64,000 nt of DNA, taken from positions 1,216,001-1,280,000 of the forward strand of contig CAWCKJ010000004.1 in NCBI GenBank assembly GCA_963796105.1, in the 5' to 3' direction. The translations under genes and the position numbers were made by a program. This document shows positions 51,548-61,608 of this stretch, one piece after another. Below the pieces are notes generated by a model. The model did no database searches. It was given only the letters and a program-made list of their open reading frames with translations, and was not told the origin of the DNA. Position 1 is the first letter of the stretch. Every line of letters begins with the position of its first letter. Source of the stretch: a candidate division FCPU426 bacterium. GTDB lineage: Bacteria > Oederibacteriota > Muellerivitia > Muellerivitales > Muellerivitaceae.

Positions 51548-53767
51548 TTAAAAAATACCGCTGATGGGTTTATAGGAAAAAGTGTCGCCCGAATTCCACC
51601 AATCCATGAACCGTCTGACCAGGAAATACTCGTTATAGGGCTGGTCATCGGTCACCACCACCCGTGGATCATTGTTCAGCAGGGTTTTGGGGTCAACTTC
51701 ATGGGAAAGCATGAATTGGAAAAGGTTCTCCGGGTATTGGCGAGTAGACCACTCGGTCATGTCCTTTCTCGCGGAGAGGGGCATTTTCCGGAGCATCTCC
51801 GAGGCCGATATATCGGGAATCGGGGACATTGAGGCGATGAAATGGTACCCGATGCCGTTGGGGTAACCGAACACGCGGACATAGGGGAAGGAAAGGACGA
51901 TGGAGCGGGTCACGGCCTGGATGATCCTCACCTCCGCCGCTGGGAGCCACTGCTGGAGAAGGCCGCCGGGGGCCAGGCGTTTCTTGGCCAATTCGTAAAA
52001 GCCCGTGGAATAAAGAAGGCTCGACCCCGCGGCTTCCACCGGCGGGGGCGGGTCGATGGTGACGAGGTCGAAAGTTTCGGCGGTCCTCTGGAGGAACCGC
52101 CTTCCGTCGTCCACCACCAAACGCGCGTTGGGGTTGGATGCCAGCGCTTGGGCGTCGGAATGAAAGAAGGGGAAGGATTTAATGACGCCGGGGACCAGCT
52201 CCACGGCGGTGGTGGGGATGCCCCAGCTCATCAGGGAGCGGAAGGTAGTGCCCATCCCGAAGCAGATGTCCAAGGCGGATTTGGGAGGGCGGGAAAGAAG
52301 AACCAGGGGCAGGTGGGCCATCATCTTGGTCGTGGGAGACAATCCGGTCATTCCGACCCCGTTGACGATCAGCGCTTTCACCTTATCCCGGCCGAGGCAA
52401 ACAGTTGTTGCTGTATAGTCCCGGTGGACGACAGGATTCGAATAGTATTGGCGGTAAGTTTCCTCGTAATCCATCACCACCAATCCGGTTGCAAATAAAA
52501 TCAGGTAAGCCGTGGTCCAGAGAACGGTGGAAATGGTCCTGCTTGTTTTTTTCCAGATGGCTATAAGAAAAAAAAGTCCCAAGGGCAGAGACAGGAGAAT
52601 CATGGCAGGGCGGCATGACATTTCTGGCAGGAGAAGATAGGAAGCCGCGAGAGGACCCAAGATGCATCCAAGAACATTCGCGGCGTAGGCTTTCCCCACG
52701 TTTCCCGGATTCCCTTTTGAGAATTGATCCACTAATTTCGGGGTGAGGTAGCCCCAAGCCGCGCACATCGGCATCAGGCTGACCAGGGGGTTGTAAAAAT
52801 GTTGGGGAAATTGGATGTCATTTAGGATGGGAGGCAAAAAAGAGAAGGCGAAAGCGGCTCCCAACAGCCTGGGTGTCGAAAATATTTTCCCTTTATTTAA
52901 ATGCCGCCGGTAGAACCATGAGCCGAAAAAGGTTGCGAGTAAATAAGAAAACAATAGGGAGGCAAAGGAATAAACAAAGGTGGTTAGGGTGTAAGTAAAC
53001 GCCCTCGTCCAAACGACCTCCAATGCCATGGAAACAAAGCCGGTTGTGAACAAAATGCTCAAATAGGGGGTGGAACTTTCTTCCGGGATGACGGGGAGGA
53101 AACGGGAAAGCCGTCCATGAGAGGCCAGCGAAAATTTGGAAAGGTTTCTGCTGATCCAGAGCGAGGTCAAGCCGATCAAGGTATTCAAGAAGGCTCCCAA
53201 GAGCAGGGTGCGGTGGAATCCAAGGCGTTCGATCAGCACTATTGCCGTGAAAAGGACGCCTGTCATGGCTCCCAGGACATTGGCGTTGTAGAGAAAACTG
53301 AATCCTCCCTCCTCTGAGTAGGCGATTTTGAGGAAAGCGGTCATGAAAGGGAAGGTGCTTCCCATGAAGACGCACCAGGGAAGGAGCGAGAGCAATAGTA
53401 CCCCGGCGGAGGCGAAAAGGTAGGCGCCGGAGTCGGTGCTTCCAATGGAGAGCAAAAGGAAGCTTCCCAAATCGAAAAGGCGCGGCACTAAAAAAGCGCC
53501 AAGTCCCGTGAGCAGCTCGATCGCGGCGTAATAACGAAGGGGTGCGGCGCCGTTGTTTCCAGTCCAGATCCCCGCGAGACGGCCTCCCAGCCAGGAGCCG
53601 AGCGCGAGACCCGCCATGAATATGGAGAGGACAACCGAAAGAACGGGAGTGTTGATCCCGAAATGGGCGAAAGCCAGGCGCAGCCAGACGACCTGGTAGA
53701 GCAAACCGCAAAAGCCCGAGATGAAAAAGAAAAAGGCGGTGGTCCATCGAATGGAACTCGAAGTCAT
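51548..53767 (-). CDS. Fused multi-TM membrane / spermidine-synthase-like methyltransferase-fold protein
   Basis: FFISGFCGLLYQVVW, YAANVLG TM repeats; DICFGMGTT, VELVP, DDGRRFL, FDLVTIDPPPP. Confidence 0.88.
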   Translation of the reverse strand: MTSSSIRWTTAFFFFISGFCGLLYQVVWLRLAFAHFGINTPVLSVVLSIFMAGLALGSWLGGRLAGIWTGNNGAAPLRYYAAIELLTGLGAFLVPRLFDLGSFLLLSIGSTDSGAYLFASAGVLLLSLLPWCVFMGSTFPFMTAFLKIAYSEEGGFSFLYNANVLGAMTGVLFTAIVLIERLGFHRTLLLGAFLNTLIGLTSLWISRNLSKFSLASHGRLSRFLPVIPEESSTPYLSILFTTGFVSMALEVVWTRAFTYTLTTFVYSFASLLFSYLLATFFGSWFYRRHLNKGKIFSTPRLLGAAFAFSFLPPILNDIQFPQHFYNPLVSLMPMCAAWGYLTPKLVDQFSKGNPGNVGKAYAANVLGCILGPLAASYLLLPEMSCRPAMILLSLPLGLFFLIAIWKKTSRTISTVLWTTAYLILFATGLVVMDYEETYRQYYSNPVVHRDYTATTVCLGRDKVKALIVNGVGMTGLSPTTKMMAHLPLVLLSRPPKSALDICFGMGTTFRSLMSWGIPTTAVELVPGVIKSFPFFHSDAQALASNPNARLVVDDGRRFLQRTAETFDLVTIDPPPPVEAAGSSLLYSTGFYELAKKRLAPGGLLQQWLPAAEVRIIQAVTRSIVLSFPYVRVFGYPNGIGYHFIASMSPIPDISASEMLRKMPLSARKDMTEWSTRQYPENLFQFMLSHEVDPKTLLNNDPRVVVTDDQPYNEYFLVRRFMDWWNSGDTFSYKPISGIF

Positions 53768-54014
53768 GAAATCCCTTTGCGGAAATAGATAAATCGGGTG
53801 TTCGCTGAAATTATCTTTAATTCAGGTTCCGGACGCCTTGCCGCGAACGAAGCCGTCCATTCTCAAAACGCTAATAGTTTAATGGATGGAGAGACCCATC
53901 AGGAAATGAAAGAAAATTTATTCCAAGGGCGAAAAAAGCGTCAGTTTGACCGGCTGGTTTCAGGCCCCGGCCAAGTGGCATTTGAAGGGCCGTCTCTTGA
54001 GATCAATTGAGTGA

Positions 54015-56261
54015 TTAAAAAATACCGCTGATGGGTTTATAGGAAAAAGTGTCGCCCGAATTCCACCAATCCATGAACCGCCGGACCAAGAAATACTCGT
54101 TATAGGGTCTGTCATCCGTCACGGCCGCGCCGGAGTCCCTGCCCAACAGGGACCTGGGGTCAATTTCCTGGGTAATGAAAAATTCGAGGAGATTTTTCGC
54201 GTCCTGGATAGGCGGCCACTCGGTCATGTCCCTTCTCGCGGAGGCCGGCATTTTCCGGAGCATCTCATCGGCCGATATATCGGGAATCGGGGACATGGAG
54301 GCGATGAAATGGTACCCGATGCCGTTGGGATAGCCGAACACGCGGACATAGGGGAAGGATAGGAAGATGGAGCGGGTCACGGCCTGGATGATCTTCACCT
54401 CCGCCGCTGGGAGCCACTGCTGGAGAAGGCCTCCTGGGGCCAGGCGTTTCTTGGCCAGCTCGTAAAAGCCCGTGGAATAAAGAAGGCTCGACCCCGCTGC
54501 TTCCACCGGCGGGGGCGGGTCGATGGTGATGAGGTCGAAAGTTTCGGCGGTCCTCTGGAGGAACCGCCTTCCGTCGTCCACCACCAAACGCGCGTTGGGG
54601 TTGGATGCCAGCGCCTGGGCGTCGGCATGAAAGAAGGGGAAGGATTTGATGACGCCGGGAACCAACTCCACGGCGGTGGTGGGGATGCCCCAACTCATCA
54701 GGGAGCGGAAGGTGGTGCCCATCCCGAAGCAGATGTCCAAGGCGGATTTGGGAGGGCGGGAAAGAAGAACCAGGGGCAGGTGGGCCATGATCTTGGTGGA
54801 GGGGACCAGGCCCGTGACCTTGATGCCGTTGACCACCAGGATTCTTTCCATGCCCGAACCCCTGGAAACCGAGCTGGCGGCGTAATCCCGGAACACGATG
54901 GACTTGGGGTCGGCGTAACGGTACCCCTCCTCGTAATCCAGAACGTTAAAAGACGTTATGAATAGGACGATTGAAACCGAGGTCCAGGCCAGCGTTGAAA
55001 GGTTCCGGCTGGTTTTATCCAGGATGGAATAAAAAAAGAAAAGGCCGATAGGAAGGGAGAGGAGGATCATGGACTGGCGGCAGGAAAATTCAGGCAGGAG
55101 CAGGTAGGAGGCCGCCAAGGGGCCCAGCACGCATCCCAGAACGTTCGCGGCATAGGCTTTTCCCACGCCACGGGGGATTCCTTTCGAGGATTGATCCACC
55201 AGTTTCGGGGTAAGGTAACCCCAGACAGCGCACATGGGCATCAGGCCGGCCAGGGGTTTGATGAAGTAAAGGGAGAGCCGGGCGTCATTGAGGATGAAAG
55301 GCAAAAAGGTGAAGGCGAAGGCGGCCCCCAGAAGAGGGGAAACCGGAAAAGTTTTTCCTCTTTTCAAATGCCACCTGTAGAACCAGGAGCCGGCGAAGGT
55401 CGCGAGAAGATAGGAAAATAGCAGGCTGGCGAAGGAATAGACAAAAGTGTTTAAAACCACGGTATAGGCCCTCGTCCAAACTACCTCCAGGGCCATGCAG
55501 ACGAAACCCGATGTGAAGAGAATGGATAAATAGGGAATGGATTGGCTTGGTTCGGTTGATGGAATGGGGCTGACTGGGCTGGTTTCGGGGGGCGCAGGGG
55601 CTCCCGGAAGTTTTTGGCTCATGGCGAAGGAAGCCAGGCCGATCAGGGCGTTCAAGAAAGCGCCAAATCGCAAGGTTCCCTGGAACCCCAGGCATTCAAT
55701 CAGGATGACCGCCGTGAAGAGGACGCCGGTCATGGCCCCCTGGACATTGGCGTTGTATAGGAAGCTGAAACCCTCGTCCCCCGCGTAAACGGTTTTGAGG
55801 AACGCGGTCATGAAGGGGAAGGTGGTGCCCATGAAAAAGCACCAGGGAAGGAGCGAGAATAAAAGAACCAAGGCGGACGAGAAAAGATAAGAATTAGAGT
55901 CGGCGTTTCCGAGCGGGAGCAATAAATGGGCCCCCCATTCGAAAAGGAGCGGAACCATGAAGGCTCCCAGGCCCGTCAAGAGCTCGATCGTCCCGTAAAA
56001 GCGAAGGGGGATGGCGCCCTTGTTTTCGGGCCAGGTACCCGCGAGGCGGCCGCCCAGCCAGGAGCCAAGCGCGAGGCCCGCCATGAAAACCGAAAGCACC
56101 ACCGAGAGAACGGGGGTGTTGATCCCGAAGTGGGTGAAGGCCAGGCGCAGCCAGACGACCTGGTAAAGCAAACCGCAGAACCCCGAGATGAAAAAGAATA
56201 GGGCGGTTGTCCCGCGAATGGAGGAATGGGTCATGAGATGTTGGGTCCGGTCTTTAAACAT
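54015..56261 (-). CDS. Fused multi-TM membrane / spermidine-synthase-like protein (tandem paralog)
   Basis: Same motifs; catalytic region almost identical to 51548..53767. Confidence 0.88.
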   Translation of the reverse strand: MFKDRTQHLMTHSSIRGTTALFFFISGFCGLLYQVVWLRLAFTHFGINTPVLSVVLSVFMAGLALGSWLGGRLAGTWPENKGAIPLRFYGTIELLTGLGAFMVPLLFEWGAHLLLPLGNADSNSYLFSSALVLLFSLLPWCFFMGTTFPFMTAFLKTVYAGDEGFSFLYNANVQGAMTGVLFTAVILIECLGFQGTLRFGAFLNALIGLASFAMSQKLPGAPAPPETSPVSPIPSTEPSQSIPYLSILFTSGFVCMALEVVWTRAYTVVLNTFVYSFASLLFSYLLATFAGSWFYRWHLKRGKTFPVSPLLGAAFAFTFLPFILNDARLSLYFIKPLAGLMPMCAVWGYLTPKLVDQSSKGIPRGVGKAYAANVLGCVLGPLAASYLLLPEFSCRQSMILLSLPIGLFFFYSILDKTSRNLSTLAWTSVSIVLFITSFNVLDYEEGYRYADPKSIVFRDYAASSVSRGSGMERILVVNGIKVTGLVPSTKIMAHLPLVLLSRPPKSALDICFGMGTTFRSLMSWGIPTTAVELVPGVIKSFPFFHADAQALASNPNARLVVDDGRRFLQRTAETFDLITIDPPPPVEAAGSSLLYSTGFYELAKKRLAPGGLLQQWLPAAEVKIIQAVTRSIFLSFPYVRVFGYPNGIGYHFIASMSPIPDISADEMLRKMPASARRDMTEWPPIQDAKNLLEFFITQEIDPRSLLGRDSGAAVTDDRPYNEYFLVRRFMDWWNSGDTFSYKPISGIF

Positions 56262-56405
56262 TTTTCATCGGCAAGTTCCTGCGCGCTATTTTAGTCGATT
56301 TGGATGGGGAAAAGATAAAAGACGGGAAGCCGCCGGCTATTCCGAAGATACGGAATTTCAAAGGGTTGTCCTGAATATTCATGAAACATCAGTTAATATA
56401 TTCGG

Positions 56406-57335
56406 ATGGATCCAATCGCCCATACTCTCGCCGGAACCCTCGTGGGCCGGGCCAACCCCTCCCATAAAAAAGGGCTGGTCCTGGCCTGTGTCCTGGGAGC
56501 TCTGGTTCCGGACATCGACATTATCCTGACCCTTTGGGGTAAGGACCTTTACATGACGGAACACCGGGGGTTCACCCATTCCCTCCTTGGGTTCATACCC
56601 GTGAGCCTGTTGGCCGCCTTAGCGGCCTGGCTGTTCGTCCGGCGGGGCCAGGCTCCCGCGCCATTCAAGTCGATTTTCGCGATGGCTTCCCTGGGAGTTC
56701 TTTCCCACCTCTATTTGGATTGGTGCACTTCCTGGGGAACGATGCTTTTCTGGCCCAATCGGACCAGGTTCGCCATGGACACGATGTTCATCGTGGACGT
56801 CTGGTACATGGCCCTCTTGGCGTCTCCCATTATCCTGAGCGTTTTCTGGAAACGGCACAGGGCCTTGATCTGCACCGCGGGGATTTTGGGGGCGGCTCTT
56901 TACCACCTTTTGACCGCTTTCAACCATTACCGCGCGATCGAGGTGGCGGAGCAGGACCGGCCCCAGGCCTGGCGCACGGCCTTTCCCCAGCCCTTCTCCC
57001 CGTTCAGGTGGGAAGCCTTCAACCGGCAAGATGAGTTATTGAGAGGAGGCAGGATCGACTTTCTTAAAAGCGCCGGGGCGTTGGAATGGAAGGAGTGGCA
57101 GACCCCTCCCATGAGCGAGGAGGCCAAAGCCGTCTTCCACTCGCCCAAGGGCAAGCAATTCCTCTGGTTCTCGAGGATTCCCATGTGGAAGGAGGAGAAA
57201 TTACCCGATGGAAGCGTCGAGGTGGACTGCTGGGACATGAGGTTCTACACCTACCTTTGGAAGGACCAGGTGATGGGGCATTTCGGACAGAAATTCTTCG
57301 TCAAGGACGGCCAGGTGCTGGGCGGGGGTTTTTAA
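56406..57335 (+). CDS. Membrane metal-dependent hydrolase (YdjM/DUF457 type)
   Basis: MDPIAHTLAG, PDID, HRGFTHS, SHLYLDWCTSWGT. Confidence 0.88.
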   Translation: MDPIAHTLAGTLVGRANPSHKKGLVLACVLGALVPDIDIILTLWGKDLYMTEHRGFTHSLLGFIPVSLLAALAAWLFVRRGQAPAPFKSIFAMASLGVLSHLYLDWCTSWGTMLFWPNRTRFAMDTMFIVDVWYMALLASPIILSVFWKRHRALICTAGILGAALYHLLTAFNHYRAIEVAEQDRPQAWRTAFPQPFSPFRWEAFNRQDELLRGGRIDFLKSAGALEWKEWQTPPMSEEAKAVFHSPKGKQFLWFSRIPMWKEEKLPDGSVEVDCWDMRFYTYLWKDQVMGHFGQKFFVKDGQVLGGGF

Positions 57336-57348
57336 TCCCCGATTCGGT

Positions 57349-57783
57349 TCAAGGTTTCTTTTTTTTATCGTTGCCGCTGGGGAGAAGGCCCAGGCACTTC
57401 GCGGCGGCGGCTCCAGCGCAAGCTTTCCCGGCGGCATCCAGCACGCCACAAATGAATTTTTCTTCGTCCGTAAGGGTCGTGGGTTTGTTCAAGAAAGTCG
57501 GGGAGAGTTCGGCGTTCAAGCGGTCGTAATAGGCCTTGTCCCTCAAGTGAAAAGGGCTCTCCAGGCTGGAGCCAAGGCTGTAAGAGGTTTCATCGCGCGC
57601 GGCCTTGGCTTTTTTCTTTTTAAACACAGAACTCTTTTGGATGATCGGAATGGGCTTCTTGGAAACGGGAGTTGACTCGGAGGAGGTGGCGGGTGTGGAA
57701 GTGTCGCCCCAGGACATTGGCGTGGCCGAGAAGGCGGCCGCGAGGAAAAATGCAAAACCCGAATGAAATTTCCGATACGACAT
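57349..57783 (-). CDS. Hypothetical exported protein
   Basis: Signal-peptide-like N-terminus; AAGG RBS; fills the intergenic gap. Confidence 0.5.
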   Translation of the reverse strand: MSYRKFHSGFAFFLAAAFSATPMSWGDTSTPATSSESTPVSKKPIPIIQKSSVFKKKKAKAARDETSYSLGSSLESPFHLRDKAYYDRLNAELSPTFLNKPTTLTDEEKFICGVLDAAGKACAGAAAAKCLGLLPSGNDKKKKP

Positions 57784-57931
57784 ATGTTTAACCTTTTCAA
57801 CCCGCTTTAGCGCGGGAACTGTGGCACCGAATCAACATTTATAATTCTCGGCGCCCTTCGAGCGCCTTTAGGAGAGTTGATTCGCACAGTTTTTTTATAA
57901 ATCCCTTTTGTGGACTGCGCCGAATCAACAA

Positions 57932-58546
57932 CTATAATTCTCTTCGCCCTTCCAGGGCTTTTAAGAGTGTTGATTCGTCCGCGTACTCCACGTCCCCGCC
58001 GGAGGGGAGGCCCCGCGCCAGGCGGGTGACCTTCACCGGCAGGTTCCTCAAGAGCTGCTGGATATAAAGGGCGGTGGTGTCTCCCTCCACCGTGGGATCA
58101 GTGGCTAAAATGATTTCCTTGAATTCCTTCCCGGTTTTGACCCTTGCGACGAGGGAGTCCAAGTTCAGCGCCTGAGGTCCCCGCCCTTCCAAGGGTGAGA
58201 GGGTCCCGCCCAGAACATGGTAAAGACCGTGGTACTCATGGGTGCGCTCGAAAACCGCGACGTCGCTGGGATCCTCCACCACCAGGAGGGAATGGCGGTC
58301 CCGGTTGGAGGAGGAACAGATCCGGCATAGGGTTTCCTCGGTCAGGTTGAAGCAGTCCCGGCAGGGATGCAGCCGTTGTCGAGCCTCCACGAGCGCTTGG
58401 GAAAGGGATTGGGAGTCCTCGACCGGTTTCTTAAGGAGATGAAAGGCCAGGCGCTGGGCGGTCCTGGGCCCGAAACCAGGGAGTTTCTGGAGTTCGTGGA
58501 GAAGACGCTCGAGAGATGGGGGATATTCAGCCAAAATAAACTCCAT
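57932..58546 (-). CDS. recR: Recombination mediator RecR
   Basis: LPGFGPRTAQRLAFH HhH, C4 zinc finger, YHVLGG, TOPRIM ATDPTVEGDTTA. Confidence 0.96.
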   Translation of the reverse strand: MEFILAEYPPSLERLLHELQKLPGFGPRTAQRLAFHLLKKPVEDSQSLSQALVEARQRLHPCRDCFNLTEETLCRICSSSNRDRHSLLVVEDPSDVAVFERTHEYHGLYHVLGGTLSPLEGRGPQALNLDSLVARVKTGKEFKEIILATDPTVEGDTTALYIQQLLRNLPVKVTRLARGLPSGGDVEYADESTLLKALEGRREL

Positions 58547-58547
58547 T

Positions 58548-58642
58548 TTGGAATTGTGAATTTTGAATGTTGAATTATAAGTTTGAAACTTTTAAACGTT
58601 GAATGAAAATAACGTCAATTTAAAACTAAAAATTTAAAATTC
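58548..58642. repeat. AT-rich heptamer repeats in inverted arrangement
   Basis: TGTGAAT TTTGAAT GTTGAAT ... ATTTAAA ACTAAAA ATTTAAA ATTC. Confidence 0.5.
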
Positions 58643-58647
58643 TTGAG

Positions 58648-58965
58648 TTAAAACAGGCCAGGAAGGCCCAGGCCGCCGGTCATTTTGGAGACTTCCGACT
58701 TCATCTTCTCGTTGACCTGCCGGCCCGCGTCGTTGACGGCGGCTTGTATGAGCGTCTGCAGATCCTCCGCTTTCTCCGGCGCGAGCGCCTGAGGGTCGAG
58801 GGTGACCTTCAACACCTCGTGTTTTCCGTTCAGCAGCACCGTGACGGCTCCGCGGCCAGCGGTGCCGGTGAAGCGGTCTGCCTCCAGTTCCTTCTGGAAT
58901 TTGGCCATTTTTTCCTTCATCAGCTGGGCTTGGCGGAAAAGATCCAGTAATTCCGGCATGTTCAA
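58648..58965 (-). CDS. ybaB: YbaB/EbfC nucleoid-associated protein
   Basis: QAQLM, GTAGRGAVTV, DLQTLIQAAVNDA, GGLGLPGLF; dnaX-ybaB-recR synteny. Confidence 0.93.
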   Translation of the reverse strand: MNMPELLDLFRQAQLMKEKMAKFQKELEADRFTGTAGRGAVTVLLNGKHEVLKVTLDPQALAPEKAEDLQTLIQAAVNDAGRQVNEKMKSEVSKMTGGLGLPGLF

Positions 58966-59048
58966 CTCCTCGAGTTTATTAAGAGTTTAAAATCTAAAAA
59001 ATCGGGACAACCTATCCTCTATCGCGCTTCCTAGAATTCCTCTCCAGC

Positions 59049-60782
59049 TTATTGCTTCGGGTGATTCCGTTTCACTTCCACGATTTTCCCGCCGAACATC
59101 TTCATCACCTCCGCCACAATGGGCTCCTCTTTTTCCAATTCCTTCAAGTCCACTTTCGGGGCCGAGACGGACCTGGGATTTTTCGGGCTGGGGGCCTTCG
59201 GCTGCGATGAGGTATTGGATCCTTCCGGCAGGACCGGAACCAGGGTTATTTTTTTGCCGATTTCCTCTTCTAGAATGCCCTCGATGAGAATTTTGCATTC
59301 GGGCTTGGAAATCCTTTCGAGATGGAAAAGGCCTTTGCAGACGATCACCAGGGTGTTTTCCTCCAGCTTCTTGGGTTGGGTATCGCGCATGACCGCTTCC
59401 AAAGGCTTGTCGCGGGCCGCGACTTTTTCCAGGATTTCCGTCCAGCGGGACTTCAGTTTGGCCATGTCGGGATTCTTCTCGGCCTCGACCGGGTCCTCGA
59501 TCTCATCCACCGCGAATGACGGCTCGCCGGCCTGATCGGAGGGCGGGGGGGGTTCTGAGACTGATGAGGCGGAAATGGAGGGAACCGGAAAATGCGTATA
59601 AACGGGTTTGGGGTTTGGAGCGTTGGAAACGGGCGATCCGGACTGAGAATTCAGCGGTAGATCGCTGACGGAGATCAATTTTTCCAGCCGGCAAAGCTCG
59701 ATGACGGCCGTTTCGAGGACGACCTGGGGATTGGCGGAGTGCCTGACCGCCCATTCCTGCTCGAAAAGGATCCTGAGCGAGGAAAGGATGAGGGCTTCCC
59801 GCATTTTGCCGGCGGCGGCGACGATTCTTGCCACCTCCTCGTTGGGAAGGGGAATGAGGGAATCGGCGGACGAGGGAAAGGCTTTGGCCACCGCCAGGTG
59901 GCGGTAGGTCTCTACCAGGCCCCCGTAAAAATGGCCGAGATCCTTGCCGCTATCGAGAACCCCCTTGACAATTGTCAGGCCTTCCGCAGCGTCCTGCTTG
60001 GCCGCGGCCTCGATGAGCCTCAGGTAAACATCACCCTCGATAGTTCCCAGTGCGAGATGGACGTCCTCCAAGGTCACTTTTTTCCCTGAAAAGGCCACCA
60101 GCTGGTCCAGGGTCCTTTGGGCGTCTCGCATCGAGCCGCCAGCCGACCGGGCGATCTGGTAAAGGGTCTTGTCATCCGCCTCGACTTTTTCCGCGTCGGA
60201 GATCCGGCGGAGCTGTTTGGTCAGGGTCTCCAGGCCCATGGCCCGGAACTCGAAACGCTGGCACCGGGACTGGACGGTGGCGGGGAACTTGTGAATTTCG
60301 GTGGAGGCCAGGATGAAGATCACGTGGGGAGGCGGCTCCTCCAGGGTCTTCAAGAACGCGTCAAAGGCGGCTGCGGTGATGCGGTGGGCCTCGTCGAAGA
60401 TATAAACCTTGTATTTTCCCTTGGCGGGATAGGTGCCCACCTGCTCCTGCAAATGGCGGATGTCATCCACGCCGTTGACCGAGGCCGAGTCAATCTCAAT
60501 CACGTCCATGGAGGAACCTTGGTTGACTTCCTCGCAAAGATCGCAGACGTTGCAGGGTTCGGCGTCCTTGGGATTCCGGCAATTTAGCAACTTTGCGAAG
60601 ATGCGGGCGGTCGTGGTTTTACCCACTCCCCGGGGTCCCGCGAAGATGTAAGCGTGGGCCAAACGGTTGGCGCGTATGGAGTTTTGAAGGGTCCTCGTGA
60701 CGCCTTCCTGGCCCATGAGGTCCGCGAAAACCTGGGGTCGCCATTTCAAAGCCAAGATTTGGGAAGACATTGAAAGCTCCAA
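59049..60782 (-). CDS. dnaX: DNA polymerase III subunit gamma/tau
   Basis: KWRPQ.F, GPRGVGKTT, zinc motif, DEAH, LKTLEEPP, SRCQ, GSMRDA. Confidence 0.96.
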   Translation of the reverse strand: MELSMSSQILALKWRPQVFADLMGQEGVTRTLQNSIRANRLAHAYIFAGPRGVGKTTTARIFAKLLNCRNPKDAEPCNVCDLCEEVNQGSSMDVIEIDSASVNGVDDIRHLQEQVGTYPAKGKYKVYIFDEAHRITAAAFDAFLKTLEEPPPHVIFILASTEIHKFPATVQSRCQRFEFRAMGLETLTKQLRRISDAEKVEADDKTLYQIARSAGGSMRDAQRTLDQLVAFSGKKVTLEDVHLALGTIEGDVYLRLIEAAAKQDAAEGLTIVKGVLDSGKDLGHFYGGLVETYRHLAVAKAFPSSADSLIPLPNEEVARIVAAAGKMREALILSSLRILFEQEWAVRHSANPQVVLETAVIELCRLEKLISVSDLPLNSQSGSPVSNAPNPKPVYTHFPVPSISASSVSEPPPPSDQAGEPSFAVDEIEDPVEAEKNPDMAKLKSRWTEILEKVAARDKPLEAVMRDTQPKKLEENTLVIVCKGLFHLERISKPECKILIEGILEEEIGKKITLVPVLPEGSNTSSQPKAPSPKNPRSVSAPKVDLKELEKEEPIVAEVMKMFGGKIVEVKRNHPKQ

Positions 60783-60890
60783 TTTCGAGTACTAATTTTA
60801 AATTTAGGGAGGTTTTCCGTCCGGCGGAAAACAACGGTCATTTAAAATCAAGAATGAATCATTCGGCATTTGCCGTTTCTTAGGCGGCGG

Positions 60891-61020
60891 CCGCGCCCCG
60901 CCGTGGAAGCCAGGTTACCCACAACACCCGAACACATGCCTTACCGTTGCTTCCTTCCGGACCTAGCGGAGTTGGGGCCGGCTCGCCGTATAGGACCCGA
61001 CTTCCACGCCGGGGCGCGGA
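60891..61020 (-). ncRNA. ffs: Signal recognition particle RNA
   Basis: Domain IV CCGCTAGGTCCGGAAGGAAGCAACGG; closing stem CCGCGCCCCG/CGGGGCGCGG; directly upstream of dnaX. Confidence 0.9.
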
Positions 61021-61163
61021 GGAGTATCTTAAACGAAAACTCGGGGGGTTTTCCATCAGAGTAAGGGTTTTCTCGGGTTTGGATTTCCCTTTTTTCATTG
61101 GGTAATTTAGAACTAAATGGGGAACTTTGACAATGAACGTGACATCTAAGCATGAGGATTTAG

Positions 61164-61279
61164 GGAGATGGAGGGAAACGAGCCGCGCGGAGCGCTCACA
61201 AGTGAAGTGACCCTTATGTAACCCATTGATCATCGTGGGGAAGCCTCTTCCCCATACCCCTACAGGCTTCGAATCCTCC
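61164..61279. repeat. tRNA-Ser-linked element (same family as the Asn/Arg copies)
   Basis: GGAGATGGAGGGAAACGAGCC (degenerate Ser 3' end), core, inverted T-arm GGCTTCGAATCCTCC. Confidence 0.7.
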
Positions 61280-61294
61280 ATTATTTATGAAAAT

Positions 61295-61387
<93 letters not shown>

Positions 61388-61520
61388 ACAAAAAACAAGG
61401 GCGGGTAAACCCCGTCCCATTGGCTCATCAATACTCTTAGTCCGCTCAACAAAATCAAATAGCTTGCCCTGAGTAAACCCAACCGCATTTTAATTTAGAA
61501 ATGCAGTCGGGTGCATCGAA

Positions 61521-61596
61521 TGGTGGAGATGAGCGGGATCGAACCGCCGACCTTCTCGTTGCGAACGAGACGCTCTCCCAGCTGAGCTACATCCCC
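61521..61596 (-). tRNA. tRNA-Ala(CGC)
   Basis: GGGGATGTAGCTCAGCTGGGAGAGCGTCTCGTT-CGC-AACGAGA..GGTTCGATCCC..CTCCACCA. Confidence 0.96.
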
Positions 61597-61608
61597 ACGT
61601 TCCTTCCG

